Positions 48,488 to 58,576 of a stretch of DNA of 64,000 nucleotides are shown piece by piece (position 1 is the stretch's first letter; each line of letters opens with the position of its first letter). The translations under genes and the position numbers were made by a program. The notes beneath the pieces are model-generated. The model was not told the DNA's origin and searched no databases. It saw nothing but the letters and a program-made list of their open reading frames with translations. Origin of the DNA: Anaeromyxobacteraceae bacterium (GTDB lineage Bacteria > Myxococcota > Myxococcia > Myxococcales > Anaeromyxobacteraceae); assembly GCA_047602405.1 (NCBI GenBank), contig JASGHJ010000002.1, forward strand, positions 2,208,001 through 2,272,000, written 5' to 3'.

Positions 48488-51088
48488 TCAGGCGCGGGCG
48501 AGCCGCGCGGGGCCGGCGGCCCGCGCCGGCGGGTGGTGGGGGCCGTCCGCGTCGAGCCGGAACGCGGAGACGAGGGCGGCGAGATCGTCGGACTGCGAGG
48601 AGAGCTCCGCCGCCGCGCTCGAGGACTCCTCGGCGCTCGCGGCGTTCTGCTGGGTGACGCGGTCCATCTCGGCGACGGCGTCGGTCACCCTCGCCACGCC
48701 GGCGTCCTGCGCCTTCGCGGCGGTCTCGATCTCGTCCACGATCGTCGCGACCTTCGCGACGCCGTCGACGATCTCGGCGAGGCGGCCGGCGGTCTGCCGC
48801 GCCGCCTCGTCGCCCTCCCCGGCCTGGGCGACCGACTGGCGGATCAGCGCCTCGGTCTTCGTGGCGGCCTCCTTCGCGCGCAGCGCGAGGGAGCGGACCT
48901 CCTCGGCGACCACCGCGAAGCCCCGGCCCGCCTCGCCGGCCCGGGCGGCCTCGACGGCCGCGTTGAGCGCGAGGAGGTTGGTCTGGAAGGCGATGTCCGA
49001 GACGTCGCGGATGATCTGGCTCGTGCCCTCCGCGGAGGTGCGGATCCCGCCCATGACCCCCTGGAGCTGGGCGACCGCGGTCGCGCCCGCGCTCGCGGCG
49101 GCGCTCGCGTCGCGCGCGAGGTGGCTCGCCTGGCGGGCGTGCTCGGCCGCGCTCCGGCTCACCTCGGCCACCCCGTCCATGGCGGTGCCGGTCGCCTGCA
49201 GCGAGGCCGCCTGCTGCGAGGCGCCCGCCGCGACGGCCTGGGAGGACGCGGCGATTTGGCTGGCCGCGCCGCGCACCTGACCGACGGCGCGGGCGACCTG
49301 CGCGAGCGCGTCGTGGAGCGCGCCGGCGGTCGCGTTGACCGCCTCCTTCGTCCGCGCGTGCTCGCCGGCGTAGGCCCCGGTCATCCGGGCGCGCAGGTCC
49401 TTCGCGGCCAGCCGCTCGAGGATGGCCGCGGCCTCGTGGATGGGCGCCCCCACCGCGTCGAGCGTCCGGTTGAGCCCGTCCACCACCCGGCGGAAGTCGC
49501 CCTGGTGACGGGCGGCGTCGGCGCGCACGTCGAGCCGGCCCGCCACCGCCGCCTCGACCACCGCGTCGGCGTCGCGGACGAGGGCGCGGATGGCGGCCGA
49601 GCAGGTGTTGAGGTTGTCCCGCAGCCGGGAGAAGTCGCCGCGCCAGTGCTCCTCGATGGGCGGAGGCAGGTCGCCCCGGGCGATCCGGTCGACGCAGCCC
49701 GCGGCGACGCCCAGCGGGCCGGTCACCGCGTCGAGCGTGCGGTTCATGCCCTCGACGATCCGCCGGAACTCGCCCCGGTGACGGTCGGCGTCGGCGCGCA
49801 CCCCGAGCTCCCCCGCCACGCCCGCCTCGGCGAGCCGGTTCACGTCGACGACGAGCAGGTTGACCGCCTCCACGCAGCGGGAGAGCCCCTCCTCGAGCGC
49901 CGCGAACTCGCCGCGTCCGCCGCCGGCGAGCCTCGCCGGGACCTTCCCCGCGGCGAGGCCCGTCACGACCGCCGACGCGTCGCGGAGCGGCCCGACCACG
50001 GCGTCGAGCGTGGCGTTCACGCCCTCGACCACCCGGCGGAAGTCGCCCTGGTGCCGGGCCGGGTCGGCCCGGACCTCGAGGCGCCCCTCGACGCCGGCGC
50101 GCGCGAGCACGCCCGCGTCCTCGACGAGCGCGTTCACCGCGTCGATGCAGCCGTTCAGCGCGCTCGCCACCCGCTCGAAGTCGCCCTCGAAGCGCTCGGT
50201 GATCCGGGGCGGGATCTCGCCGCGACCGATGCGCGTGACCGCGTCGGCGGTGAGCCCCATCGGGCGCGCGAAGGCGTCCATGGTCTCGTTCATGCCCTCC
50301 ACGATGGGCTGGAACTCCCAGCCGACCGAGGTGGGGTCGGCGCGCACCGAGAGCTCGCCCGCGTGGACGGCGTCGCGGAGCACCGCCGACTCGCGCTTCA
50401 GCCCCTCGATGGCCTGGCGGGCCTGCCGGACGAGCCGGGCCCCCGCGGCCCCGAGCACGGCCGCCGCGAGCGCGAAGGCGACGACGATCCAAATCCGGGC
50501 GCCCCGGGCGGTGCCGTGTGCGTCGGCCGCGAGCGCGTCGCCCGCGGCCCGGGTGGCCTCGGCGGTGGCGGAGAGGCTCGCGAGGAGGTCCGGCGCCTGC
50601 GCCCGCATCGCCTCGTACTGCTCGGTGAGCCTCGTCTGCACGAGGGCCGCCTCCGCGAACTTCCCGGCCGCGGCCGTGCGGTCGCGCGCCGACCGGGCGA
50701 GGCCGTCGAGGCTCGTCGCCCAGGCGTCCACCGCCTTCCTGGTCCGGGCCCAGGCGGCGGAGACGGCGTCCGGCTGCGGCAGCCGCTGGAATGCGTCGGC
50801 CTCGGCGCGCACGCGCTGCACGTCCTCGACGAGGCGCCCCAGGGCCGCCTCCTGCGCGGCGGGGTCGGTGTACTGGTTCTCGACGATGGAGGCGTGGCCG
50901 GTCGCCGAGGCGACGGCGGTCGCGAGCGCGGCCACCGCCTGGAGCGAGGGCAGGCGCCCCTCGCCGTACCCGGTGACGACGCGCCCGAGCGAGGCGCTGG
51001 CGAGGAAGCCCGTCGCGGCCACCACCGCCACGAACGCGAGCGACGTCGCGAACAGCCCGAGGATCTGCGACCGCAAGGTCAAGCGCAT
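48488..51088 (-). CDS. Methyl-accepting chemotaxis protein with a 4-helix sensor domain and poly-HAMP linker
   Basis: Two TM helices; repeated VRAD..HxGxF..VxGxNxTLDA units; [34 protein letters not shown]. Confidence 0.92.
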   Translation of the reverse strand: MRLTLRSQILGLFATSLAFVAVVAATGFLASASLGRVVTGYGEGRLPSLQAVAALATAVASATGHASIVENQYTDPAAQEAALGRLVEDVQRVRAEADAFQRLPQPDAVSAAWARTRKAVDAWATSLDGLARSARDRTAAAGKFAEAALVQTRLTEQYEAMRAQAPDLLASLSATAEATRAAGDALAADAHGTARGARIWIVVAFALAAAVLGAAGARLVRQARQAIEGLKRESAVLRDAVHAGELSVRADPTSVGWEFQPIVEGMNETMDAFARPMGLTADAVTRIGRGEIPPRITERFEGDFERVASALNGCIDAVNALVEDAGVLARAGVEGRLEVRADPARHQGDFRRVVEGVNATLDAVVGPLRDASAVVTGLAAGKVPARLAGGGRGEFAALEEGLSRCVEAVNLLVVDVNRLAEAGVAGELGVRADADRHRGEFRRIVEGMNRTLDAVTGPLGVAAGCVDRIARGDLPPPIEEHWRGDFSRLRDNLNTCSAAIRALVRDADAVVEAAVAGRLDVRADAARHQGDFRRVVDGLNRTLDAVGAPIHEAAAILERLAAKDLRARMTGAYAGEHARTKEAVNATAGALHDALAQVARAVGQVRGAASQIAASSQAVAAGASQQAASLQATGTAMDGVAEVSRSAAEHARQASHLARDASAAASAGATAVAQLQGVMGGIRTSAEGTSQIIRDVSDIAFQTNLLALNAAVEAARAGEAGRGFAVVAEEVRSLALRAKEAATKTEALIRQSVAQAGEGDEAARQTAGRLAEIVDGVAKVATIVDEIETAAKAQDAGVARVTDAVAEMDRVTQQNAASAEESSSAAAELSSQSDDLAALVSAFRLDADGPHHPPARAAGPARLARA

Positions 51089-51246
51089 CGGTGAACGCCT
51101 CCGTGTGGGAGGGCCGATGCGAACGGCGGGCCGTCACCTCATACGCCGAGCAAAAACGATCAACTCCGCGAAAACCGGCCCGTCGTCGGGCGATCCGCGC
51201 TCCGGGTCGTCCACCGGCGGTGCGGGTCACGGCGGCCGGTGGGTCG

Positions 51247-51404
51247 CGCTGCCAGGGGTGGGGCCCCGGCGAGCCGAGCGCCCCCTGACCGCTGCCAGGG
51301 GTGGGGCCCCGGCGAGCCGCCTCGCCGGGGGCGTCCGCTCATCCCGAGCGTAGGGCCCGCTTCAGCGGGCCCGGAGTCGAGGGACGAGCGCCCCCTGGAA
51401 TTCA
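51247..51404. repeat. Tandem MITE-like family B elements (30-bp direct repeat), the second containing a nested GTAG-REP copy
   Basis: CGCTGCCAGGGGTGGGGCCCCGGCGAGCCG at 51247-51276 and 51290-51319; both units end in AGCGCCCCCTG; REP at 51335-51386. Confidence 0.75.
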
Positions 51405-52310
51405 GTGTTCCCCGAAGCGCTTCTCGCCCGCCTCGACACGCACCGCGAGGACGTTCTCGGGCCGCGGCAGCGGGCAGGTCGCGTGCGGCGTGAACGCGCA
51501 GGGCGGGTTGTACGCCTTGTTGAAGTCGAGCACGACCTTCCCGTCCTTCGGGAGCGGCGCGTAGAGGAACCGGCCCGCGCCGTAGGTCTCCTTCCTCGAC
51601 GTCTGGTCGCGGAACACGAAGAAGAGATCGCCGCCGGGCTCCTCCTGCGTGGGCTCGAGCGTGTACACCTTCCCGTCGATCGTGAAGCGCACGCGGCCGG
51701 GGACCTTCTCCTTCGACGGGATGCCGACGACGCTCGGCGTCTCGACCTCCTTCGGGACCGGGAACGGCTCCCAGGTGCCCTCCAGGCGGTAGCGCGGGTC
51801 GTACGGGAACGTGTCGATGCCGTGGAAGCTCGCCCGCACCGGCGAGGCCGCGTCCCAGACGCGCAGCGCCACCTTCGGGCCGCGCTCGATGACCTGCACC
51901 TGCACCGTGCCGCGCCTCAGCCGGTCGGGCTTCTCGGCGGCGTCGGAGGCGAGCACGCGCGACGTCACGGGGGCGCCGTCGAGGGTCCAGCCGTCGGCGG
52001 CGGCGGCCTCGAGCCGGACCTTCCAGCCGCCGGGGCCGCCCTCGAGCACGAACCTGCCGGGGAGGTTCGCGACCCGGTTCTCGCCGGGGTCGAGCCAGTC
52101 GAGGGCCACGAGGGCGAGCCAGCCGTCCTCGCGCTTCAGGTTGGTCTCGCGCCGCTCGCGCCAGGCCTTCCACTGCTCGGCGGGGCTGGCGGGGGCCGCG
52201 GCGCCGGCGGGCTGCGGGGTCTTCGCGGGCGCGGTCGGGGCGGCGTGCGCGGAGGTCGGGTCGGACATCGTGATCACCAGAGTCAGGGCGGCGAGGGCAG
52301 GATTCTGCAT
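51402..52310 (-). CDS. DUF1684 domain protein
   Basis: GWLALV, FVFRDQTS..ETYGAGRFL, LDFNKAYNPPCAFT..ATCPLP..N. Confidence 0.88.
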   Translation of the reverse strand: MQNPALAALTLVITMSDPTSAHAAPTAPAKTPQPAGAAAPASPAEQWKAWRERRETNLKREDGWLALVALDWLDPGENRVANLPGRFVLEGGPGGWKVRLEAAAADGWTLDGAPVTSRVLASDAAEKPDRLRRGTVQVQVIERGPKVALRVWDAASPVRASFHGIDTFPYDPRYRLEGTWEPFPVPKEVETPSVVGIPSKEKVPGRVRFTIDGKVYTLEPTQEEPGGDLFFVFRDQTSRKETYGAGRFLYAPLPKDGKVVLDFNKAYNPPCAFTPHATCPLPRPENVLAVRVEAGEKRFGEH

Positions 52311-52374
52311 GCCGTCGGTTCTAGCCCGGAATCGCGGGGCGTGCAGGGCCTCGTCCTCACGTTAGGTTCCCCGG

Positions 52375-53175
52375 GTGCCCGAGGTCCTCCTCCCCGCGTC
52401 ACCCGTGCTCCCCACAGGCGGCCCCGTCCGCATCCACCTCCGTGACCGGGGGGCCGGTCCCCCGGTCGTGTTCCTGCACGGCGGCTGGGGCGAGCGGGCC
52501 TACCCCTTCGACGACGCCGCCGCGGCGCTCGCGGCGCGCCACCGGGTGCTCGTGCCCGACCGGGCCGGCTACGGGCGCTCCACGCCGCTCGAGGCGCTGC
52601 CGGCCGGCTTCCATCGTGCCATGGCGGGCGAGACGCTCGCGATCCTCGACGCGCTCGACCTGCCGCGCGCGGCGCTCTGGGGGCACAGCGACGGAGCCGT
52701 CGTCGCCGCGTGGGCCGCGCTCCTCGCGCCGGACCGGGTGACCGGGCTCGTGCTCGAGGCCGTGCACGTCCTGAAGGCCAAGGTCGGCTCGCTGCGGTTC
52801 TTCGAGGACGGCGTCGAGGCGCCGGAGCGCTACGGGGCGGCGGCGCTCGCCGCGATGGAGGCCGACCACGGCCCGGCGTGGCGCCACGTCTGCGCGCGCG
52901 GCGCGCGCGCCTGGCTCCGCATCATCGACGAGGGCCGCCGCGCGGGCGGCGATCTGTACGACGGGCGCCTCGGGGAGCTCCGCTGCCCGGTGCTCGCGAT
53001 CCACGGCGCGCGCGACCCGCGGACCGAGCCCGGCGAGCTCGACGCGCTCCGGGCGGCGGTGCCGCACGCGCGGGTGGAGCTCCTCGACACCGGGCACGCC
53101 CCGCACGCGAGCGCGCGCGTGGGCGCCCGCTGCACGGCGCTCGCGGCGGAGTTCCTGCGAGGTCTTCCGGCTTAG
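52375..53175 (+). CDS. Alpha/beta fold hydrolase
   Basis: FLHGG, PDRAGYGRS, GHSDG nucleophile elbow, HGARD, GHAPH. Confidence 0.85.
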   Translation: MPEVLLPASPVLPTGGPVRIHLRDRGAGPPVVFLHGGWGERAYPFDDAAAALAARHRVLVPDRAGYGRSTPLEALPAGFHRAMAGETLAILDALDLPRAALWGHSDGAVVAAWAALLAPDRVTGLVLEAVHVLKAKVGSLRFFEDGVEAPERYGAAALAAMEADHGPAWRHVCARGARAWLRIIDEGRRAGGDLYDGRLGELRCPVLAIHGARDPRTEPGELDALRAAVPHARVELLDTGHAPHASARVGARCTALAAEFLRGLPA

Positions 53176-54296
53176 AAGGAGAGGCTCAGCGCCGCGTACG
53201 CGCCGCCCCGCGTCGGGGCGACGTCGAGCGAGGCCGTCTCGCGGTACCCCGCGTAGCGGCCCGGGTTCTCGCCGGAGATCCAGAAGTAGGTCGCCGCGAC
53301 CGCGGCCGCCGCGCCCACGCCGCCCGAGACCATCGACATCGTCTGGCGCGACTCGATCGTGGACTTGAGCGAGTTCGCCTGCGCGCGGACCGCGGTGGGA
53401 TCGGAGGCGGTGCCGTCGACGAGCTGCCGGCGCAGGTAGAGGAACGTGCCGGGCGAGGTCTCGTTGCCGTACTTCGAGGACGCGCTCATCTGGAAGTAGA
53501 CGGCGCTCGCGAGCCCGGCGGCCGCGACGCCGGTGGAGATCCAGGCGCCCATGCGGATCTTCCGCTGCCGGGACTCGTACTGCGCGATGAAGTCGGGGCT
53601 CGGCACGAGGCTCACCCGCTCCTCGAGCGTCTTCGCCGGCTCGATGTTGAGATCGCGCTGGTAGGTCACGAAGCCCTGCTTCTCGACGGAGATCGTGTGG
53701 GGGCCCGACGGCAGCGAGACCGCGGCCTGGAGCGGGGTGGTGCCGCGGATCTGGTCGTCGATCTTCACGACCGCGCCGCGCTCCTCGGTGGCGACGACGA
53801 GCCGGCCCGCCCGGCCGGCCAGCACCTTCTGCACGAGCCGGGCGACCGCCTTCTGCACCTTCGTCATGAGCTGCGCCTCGGAGGCGGCGGTCTCGATGGA
53901 CGAGCCCTCGCGGCTCCCCTTCTTCACCGACGAGAGCGTGAGGTCGAGCGACACCGTCTCGGGCACGCCGGCCGAGGCGGCGAGCTTCGTCACCTTGCCG
54001 GAGACGACGTAGTCCGCGCCGAGCGCGCCGCCGATCTCGGTGACGCAGCCGGCGTCCGAGCAGCCCAGCATCTGCTTCTGCTTCTCGTAGGCGAGGAGCG
54101 ACCGCACCGCCTCGCTCGTGATGACCTTGAACGCCTGCAGGCGGTCGAGCTCGTTCGCGGTCGAGCTCGACGCAGCGCTCGCGAGCTCCTTCGTCGCGCC
54201 GTTCGCCGTGAAGTCCATGACGGCGACCGTCGGCCGCGCCTGGGCGAGGGCCGCCGCCGGGAGGGCGGCGAGGACGAGGACGGAGAGCATGCGCAT
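53172..54296 (-). CDS. PEGA domain protein with an N-terminal TolB/CsgG-like domain
   Basis: Signal peptide; VAVMDF...GC...C..EIGGALGADYVVSG; GAVVKID..RGTTPL...GPHTISVEKQGF; C-terminal YAALSLSF. Confidence 0.8.
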   Translation of the reverse strand: MRMLSVLVLAALPAAALAQARPTVAVMDFTANGATKELASAASSSTANELDRLQAFKVITSEAVRSLLAYEKQKQMLGCSDAGCVTEIGGALGADYVVSGKVTKLAASAGVPETVSLDLTLSSVKKGSREGSSIETAASEAQLMTKVQKAVARLVQKVLAGRAGRLVVATEERGAVVKIDDQIRGTTPLQAAVSLPSGPHTISVEKQGFVTYQRDLNIEPAKTLEERVSLVPSPDFIAQYESRQRKIRMGAWISTGVAAAGLASAVYFQMSASSKYGNETSPGTFLYLRRQLVDGTASDPTAVRAQANSLKSTIESRQTMSMVSGGVGAAAAVAATYFWISGENPGRYAGYRETASLDVAPTRGGAYAALSLSF

Positions 54297-54385
54297 GGCG
54301 GGCATCATAACGTGTCCTCCGGGACCCCTGCAGGGTCGTCCGGTGTCGGGGAGCACCGCGGCGGCCGGTCGGGCGTCGAGGGCGA

Positions 54386-57300
54386 TCATGGGAGCGGTGG
54401 CGGCAGCGCGTCCACGGCGCGGTACACGAGGCGGAGCGTGTGGTTCTGGTAGTCGGCGACGACCATGTCGCCCGCGGGCGTGAAGGCGACGGCCATCGGG
54501 TTGTAGAGCTGGATCGTGGCCCAGTCCGTCACGACGCTCCCGTAGTTCCCCGAGTAGCCCTGCGTCCCGGCCCCGAACCAGGTGCGGTTGCGGGGCGTGG
54601 AGCCGAGGTGGTCGAGGAAGCGGATCACGTCGTTGCCGGCGTCGGCGAGGAAGAGCTCCCCCGGGCCCGAACGAGAGCCCCGGTGACTCGGAGAGGTAGA
54701 TGCTCGTCGCAGGCGCGCCGTCGTTGTCGGTGCTGCCCGCGGCGGGGCGCCCCGCCACGTGCGTGAGCGTCGTGCCGTCCCACTTCACGATGCCGTAGGT
54801 CGAGCTGCCCGGGCCCGTGCCGCAGACGTAGGCGGAGGCGTAGAGCGCGCCGGCGGCGTCCACGGCGAGCCCGCAGCCGTTGTTGCCGCCGCAGTTGCGG
54901 AACTGGATGGCGCCGGTGCAGGTGCCGGCGTCGGAGAGCACGGCCGAGATCGTCGGCGGGCTGGCGGTGAGGTCCACCACCCGGATCCGCTGGCCGCTCT
55001 CGGAGAGGTAGAGCTTCCCGCCCCGCTGCGCGAGCCGCAGCGGGTAGTAGACGCTCGCGGAGAGCGCGGGGCCGCCGTCGCCGGTGCTGGGGTTCGTCCC
55101 GAGGCCGTTCCCGGCGAGCGTCGAGATGATCCCCGTCGTGAGGTCCACCACGCGCACGCGCAGGTTGTACTCGTCGGCGATGTAGAGGTGCGTGCCGGCG
55201 TCGTCGAGCGCGAGCCCCGCGGGGTAGTACAGCTGCGCCTGGGTCGCGAGGCCACCGTCGCCGGAGAACGCCGCGCTGCCGGTGCCCGCCACCACGCGGA
55301 CGTAGCCCTCCGGCGTGACCGCGAACACGCGGTGGTTGTACTGCCCGGTGTAGTAGACGGTGCCGTCGGCGGCGACCGCGAGGCCGAACGGGTAGGACAG
55401 GTGCGCCCGCGGGCCGAACCCGGGCACGTTCGCCGTGTCGGCGATGCGGTCCTCGTTGACGACGGTCATGATCGTCCCGGCCGGCGGCGCGGTCGCGGTG
55501 ACGGTGAAGACCTGCGGGCTCCCGTTCACGTGGGCGCCGAAGAGGTCGCGGTACGAGGCCTCGAAGGTGTACGGCCCGGGCTTGAAGCCGACCCGGAGGT
55601 CGAACCCCACCGTGCCGCCCGCCGAGGTGGGGCCCTGCTTCGCGACGAGGAAGCCGGGGGTCGCCGAGGTGGCGTTGAGGTTCACGAGGTAGCCGGCGAG
55701 CGGGCTGCCCGCGGGATCCACGAGCTTCGCGGTCGCGAACGCGGGCGCCGTCTGCCCGAGGAGCGCGGACTGGGCGCCGCCCGACACCGTCGACAGCGTG
55801 CCGCGCTCGACCACCGTCGAGCCGAGCCCGAGCACCAGGCGGAGCACGTTGCCCTTCGACTCGGCCACCACCACGTCGGTGGGTGCCGAGCCGCCGAAGG
55901 CGAGCGACGACGGACCGTTGAAGGAGGCCGCGAGCGCGCTGCCGCCGTCGCCGGTCGTGCCCTGGGCGCCGGTGCCCGCGACCGTGCTCACCGTCCCCGT
56001 GGGCGTGACCCTGCGGACCACGTTCGTCCCGTAGTTCGTGTAGTAGAGGTTCAGGGCGGGGTCGACCGCGATGCCGCCCGGATCCGGCATGCTGGTGTCG
56101 AGGCAGTACCCGTTCTCGGTCGTGATCCCGGGCGACCTCCCGAGGACGTGGACGATCGGGCCGCCCCCCGGCGGCGGGACGCGGACGATGCCGTAGGTCG
56201 AGGTCCCCACGTCGGTGCCGCAGATGTAGCCGGAGACGAACATGCCGCCGTCCCCCGCGGAGGCGAGCCCGCAATCGTTGGCGGCGCCGCCCCCGCTGCA
56301 GCTCGACACGGAGACCGGCGCGGTGCACCCGGGCATCACGGCCCAGGCGTCGATGCGGGCCGGGTCGGTGAGGTCGACCTTGCGGAACCGGCCGTGGCCG
56401 GAGTCGAAGACGTACAGGTAACGCTTCGTGCCCTCCTTCCCGAGCGCCATCGAGGTCGGCGTCGAGAGGGTCGCCTGCGCCGCCGCGCCGCCGTCCCCGT
56501 AGCCCGGCGCGGGCTGCGCGCCCCCGCCGGCCACGTTCACGATCCACCGGTTGCCGTTCAGCTGCACGGCCCGGATCCGGTTGTTGTAGGCGTCGGAGAC
56601 GTAGAGGAGCGCGTTCGCCTCGTCGAGCGCCACCGCGAACGGGTAGTAGAGCTTCGCCTGGACCGCGGGCTGGTTGTCCGCCGAGGCGCCGGCCTGGCCG
56701 GAGACGCCCGCGATGATCTCGGGCGTCGACTGGCCCGCGAGCAGCCGCTTCACCGTGTGGTTGTACTCGTCGGCGAAGTAGACGTCGCCGTTCGAGGCGA
56801 CGACCGGGTTGCGGATGGACACGCTCGTGCTCGTCACCGTCGCGAGCGTCGAGACCTGGCCCCCCGCCGGCGTGCAGAAGCCCTGCCGGCAGATCTCGGC
56901 TCGCGCCGCAGGCGGTGCCGTCCGGCTTGTTGCCGCCGTCGGCGCAGACGAGGAAGCCGGTCCCGCACTGCACCACGCCGAGCTTGCAGAAGTTGTCGTG
57001 CATGCAGCCCACGCCCGCCGCGCAGGCGTTGCAGGCGCCGCCGCCGCAGACCTGGTTCGTGCCGCAGCCGGTGCCGTCGGGCTTCGCGAGCCCGGTGTCG
57101 GCGCAGGCGCCCGCGACCGTGCCGCTGCAGGTCCGGGTGCCCTCGTGACACCGGTTCGCGTCGGGCGTGCACGAGGTCGTGCAGGTGACGGGCTCGCAGG
57201 CGGTCCCGGTGCACTCCGTGCACACGCCCGCGAAGCACTTCGAGTTCGTGCCGCACACGGTCCCGTCCCGCAGGACCGCGAGGAGATCGAGGCAGCTCGA

Positions 57301-58486
57301 GGAGCCGTCCGCGGCGCACACGTTCTGGCCGAGGTGGCACCGGTTCGCGTCGGGGACGCAGACGGTCCCCTCGGCGCAGATCGGCTTGCACACGCCGGAC
57401 TTGCACGTCGCCCCCGGACCGCAGGGCTTGCCCTCGAGCGCGTTGCCGGTCTGGACGCAGGTCGTGCCGCCCGTGCAGTCCAGGCGGCCCGTCCTGCAGA
57501 CGTTCTCGGCGCCCTCCGGCTGGCAGAACAGGTCCTTGATGCAGGTGGAGCCCGACTGCTGGACGAGCCGCAGCCCGGCCACCGAGACGTCCCCGCCCGG
57601 CGCGAGCGCCACGTTCGAGGCGATGGCCGGCTCGTACCCGGTCCGCGAGGCGGTGACCTGGTAGATGCCCGGCGCGAGCGCATCGAGGAGGAAGGTCCCG
57701 TCCGTCCCCGCGACCACGCTCGTCTTCTTCCCGCCGGGATCGGCGGCCACCACGGTGGTGTCCCCGCTCGCCGCGGGCGCCGGGTCGAAGGTCACGGTGC
57801 CGCGCAGCTTCCCGGGCGCCCCGGCGTCGCTGCCCTGCACGACGTCCAGCGTGAAGTCGCGCATCTGCACGAGCTCGCCCGCGCGCAGCGTCACGTCGTC
57901 GACGACCACGCTCTGGAACCCGGTGCGGAAGGCCGCGACGCTGATGGTCCCCTCGGGCAGGTTCGTGAGCTCGAAGGAGCCGTCGTCCGCGGTGAAGGTC
58001 GTGAAGGGGCCCTGCGGGACGTAGACCACGGTCCCGGCGTGGCCGCCGGAGGCCGCGTTGTCGCCGCGCAGGAACCTGCCCCGCAGCTTCGCGTTCTCGC
58101 TCACCGCGACGTCGCCGAGCGAGAGCTGGAGCCCGGCCTTCGGCGAGAACGCGCCGAGGTCGACGAGCTTCTGCTTCGAGGGCACCCCGGTGCCGCCGGG
58201 ATCGTACCTGCAGGAGCAGCGGCGGGTTCTTCGCGGGATCGGGCGTGAAGTCGATCTTCTCGAAGACGAAGCGCCCGTCGACGTCGGCGTAGATCACCCG
58301 GCCCGTGCCGAGCAGCTCGACCCGCGCGCGCGACGCGGGCTGCTTGTCCTGCGAGCCCGGCTGCGCGAAGACCACCCGCCCCGAGAGCGAACCCTCCCCC
58401 ACCTGCGGCGGCGGCGGGAGCGAGGTGTCGCGCCTGCAGCCGGAGGCGGCGGCGAGCGCTGCGGCGACGAGGACGATGTTGCGCAT
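54386..58486 (-). CDS. Large surface lipoprotein (~1365 aa): carboxypeptidase-regulatory-like Ig domains, Cys-rich repeats and two NHL/teneurin-like propellers; three +1 frameshifts at ~58207, ~56898 and ~54660
   Basis: Lipobox ASGC; ADDGSFELTNLPEG; repeats PDANRCH/DGTxCG; many GDGGxA...P.GLA.D...LYIAD NHL repeats; pieces lie in four ORFs. Confidence 0.8.
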
Positions 58487-58576
58487 CCCCGGAGCCTAGC
58501 AGGGCCCGCTCGCCTGGTTTGTGTCCGGGCTCACGGAGGGCGCCCTCCCGGGCGGGGCGCCCTTCCCGGGTGTTCG

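Noticed and set aside
49380..50360. Periodic DNA repeats inside the MCP
   Set aside because: They are coding HAMP-domain repeats, not a non-coding array
51247..51404. 30-bp direct repeats as a possible mini-CRISPR
   Set aside because: Only two copies, a 13-bp gap, no cas genes; better explained as MITE/REP-like units
3127..58486. Calling the frameshifted genes pseudogenes or programmed frameshifts
   Set aside because: No in-frame stops or decay elsewhere in these genes, no canonical slippery heptamers, and core genes such as serC are hit; sequencing error is more parsimonious
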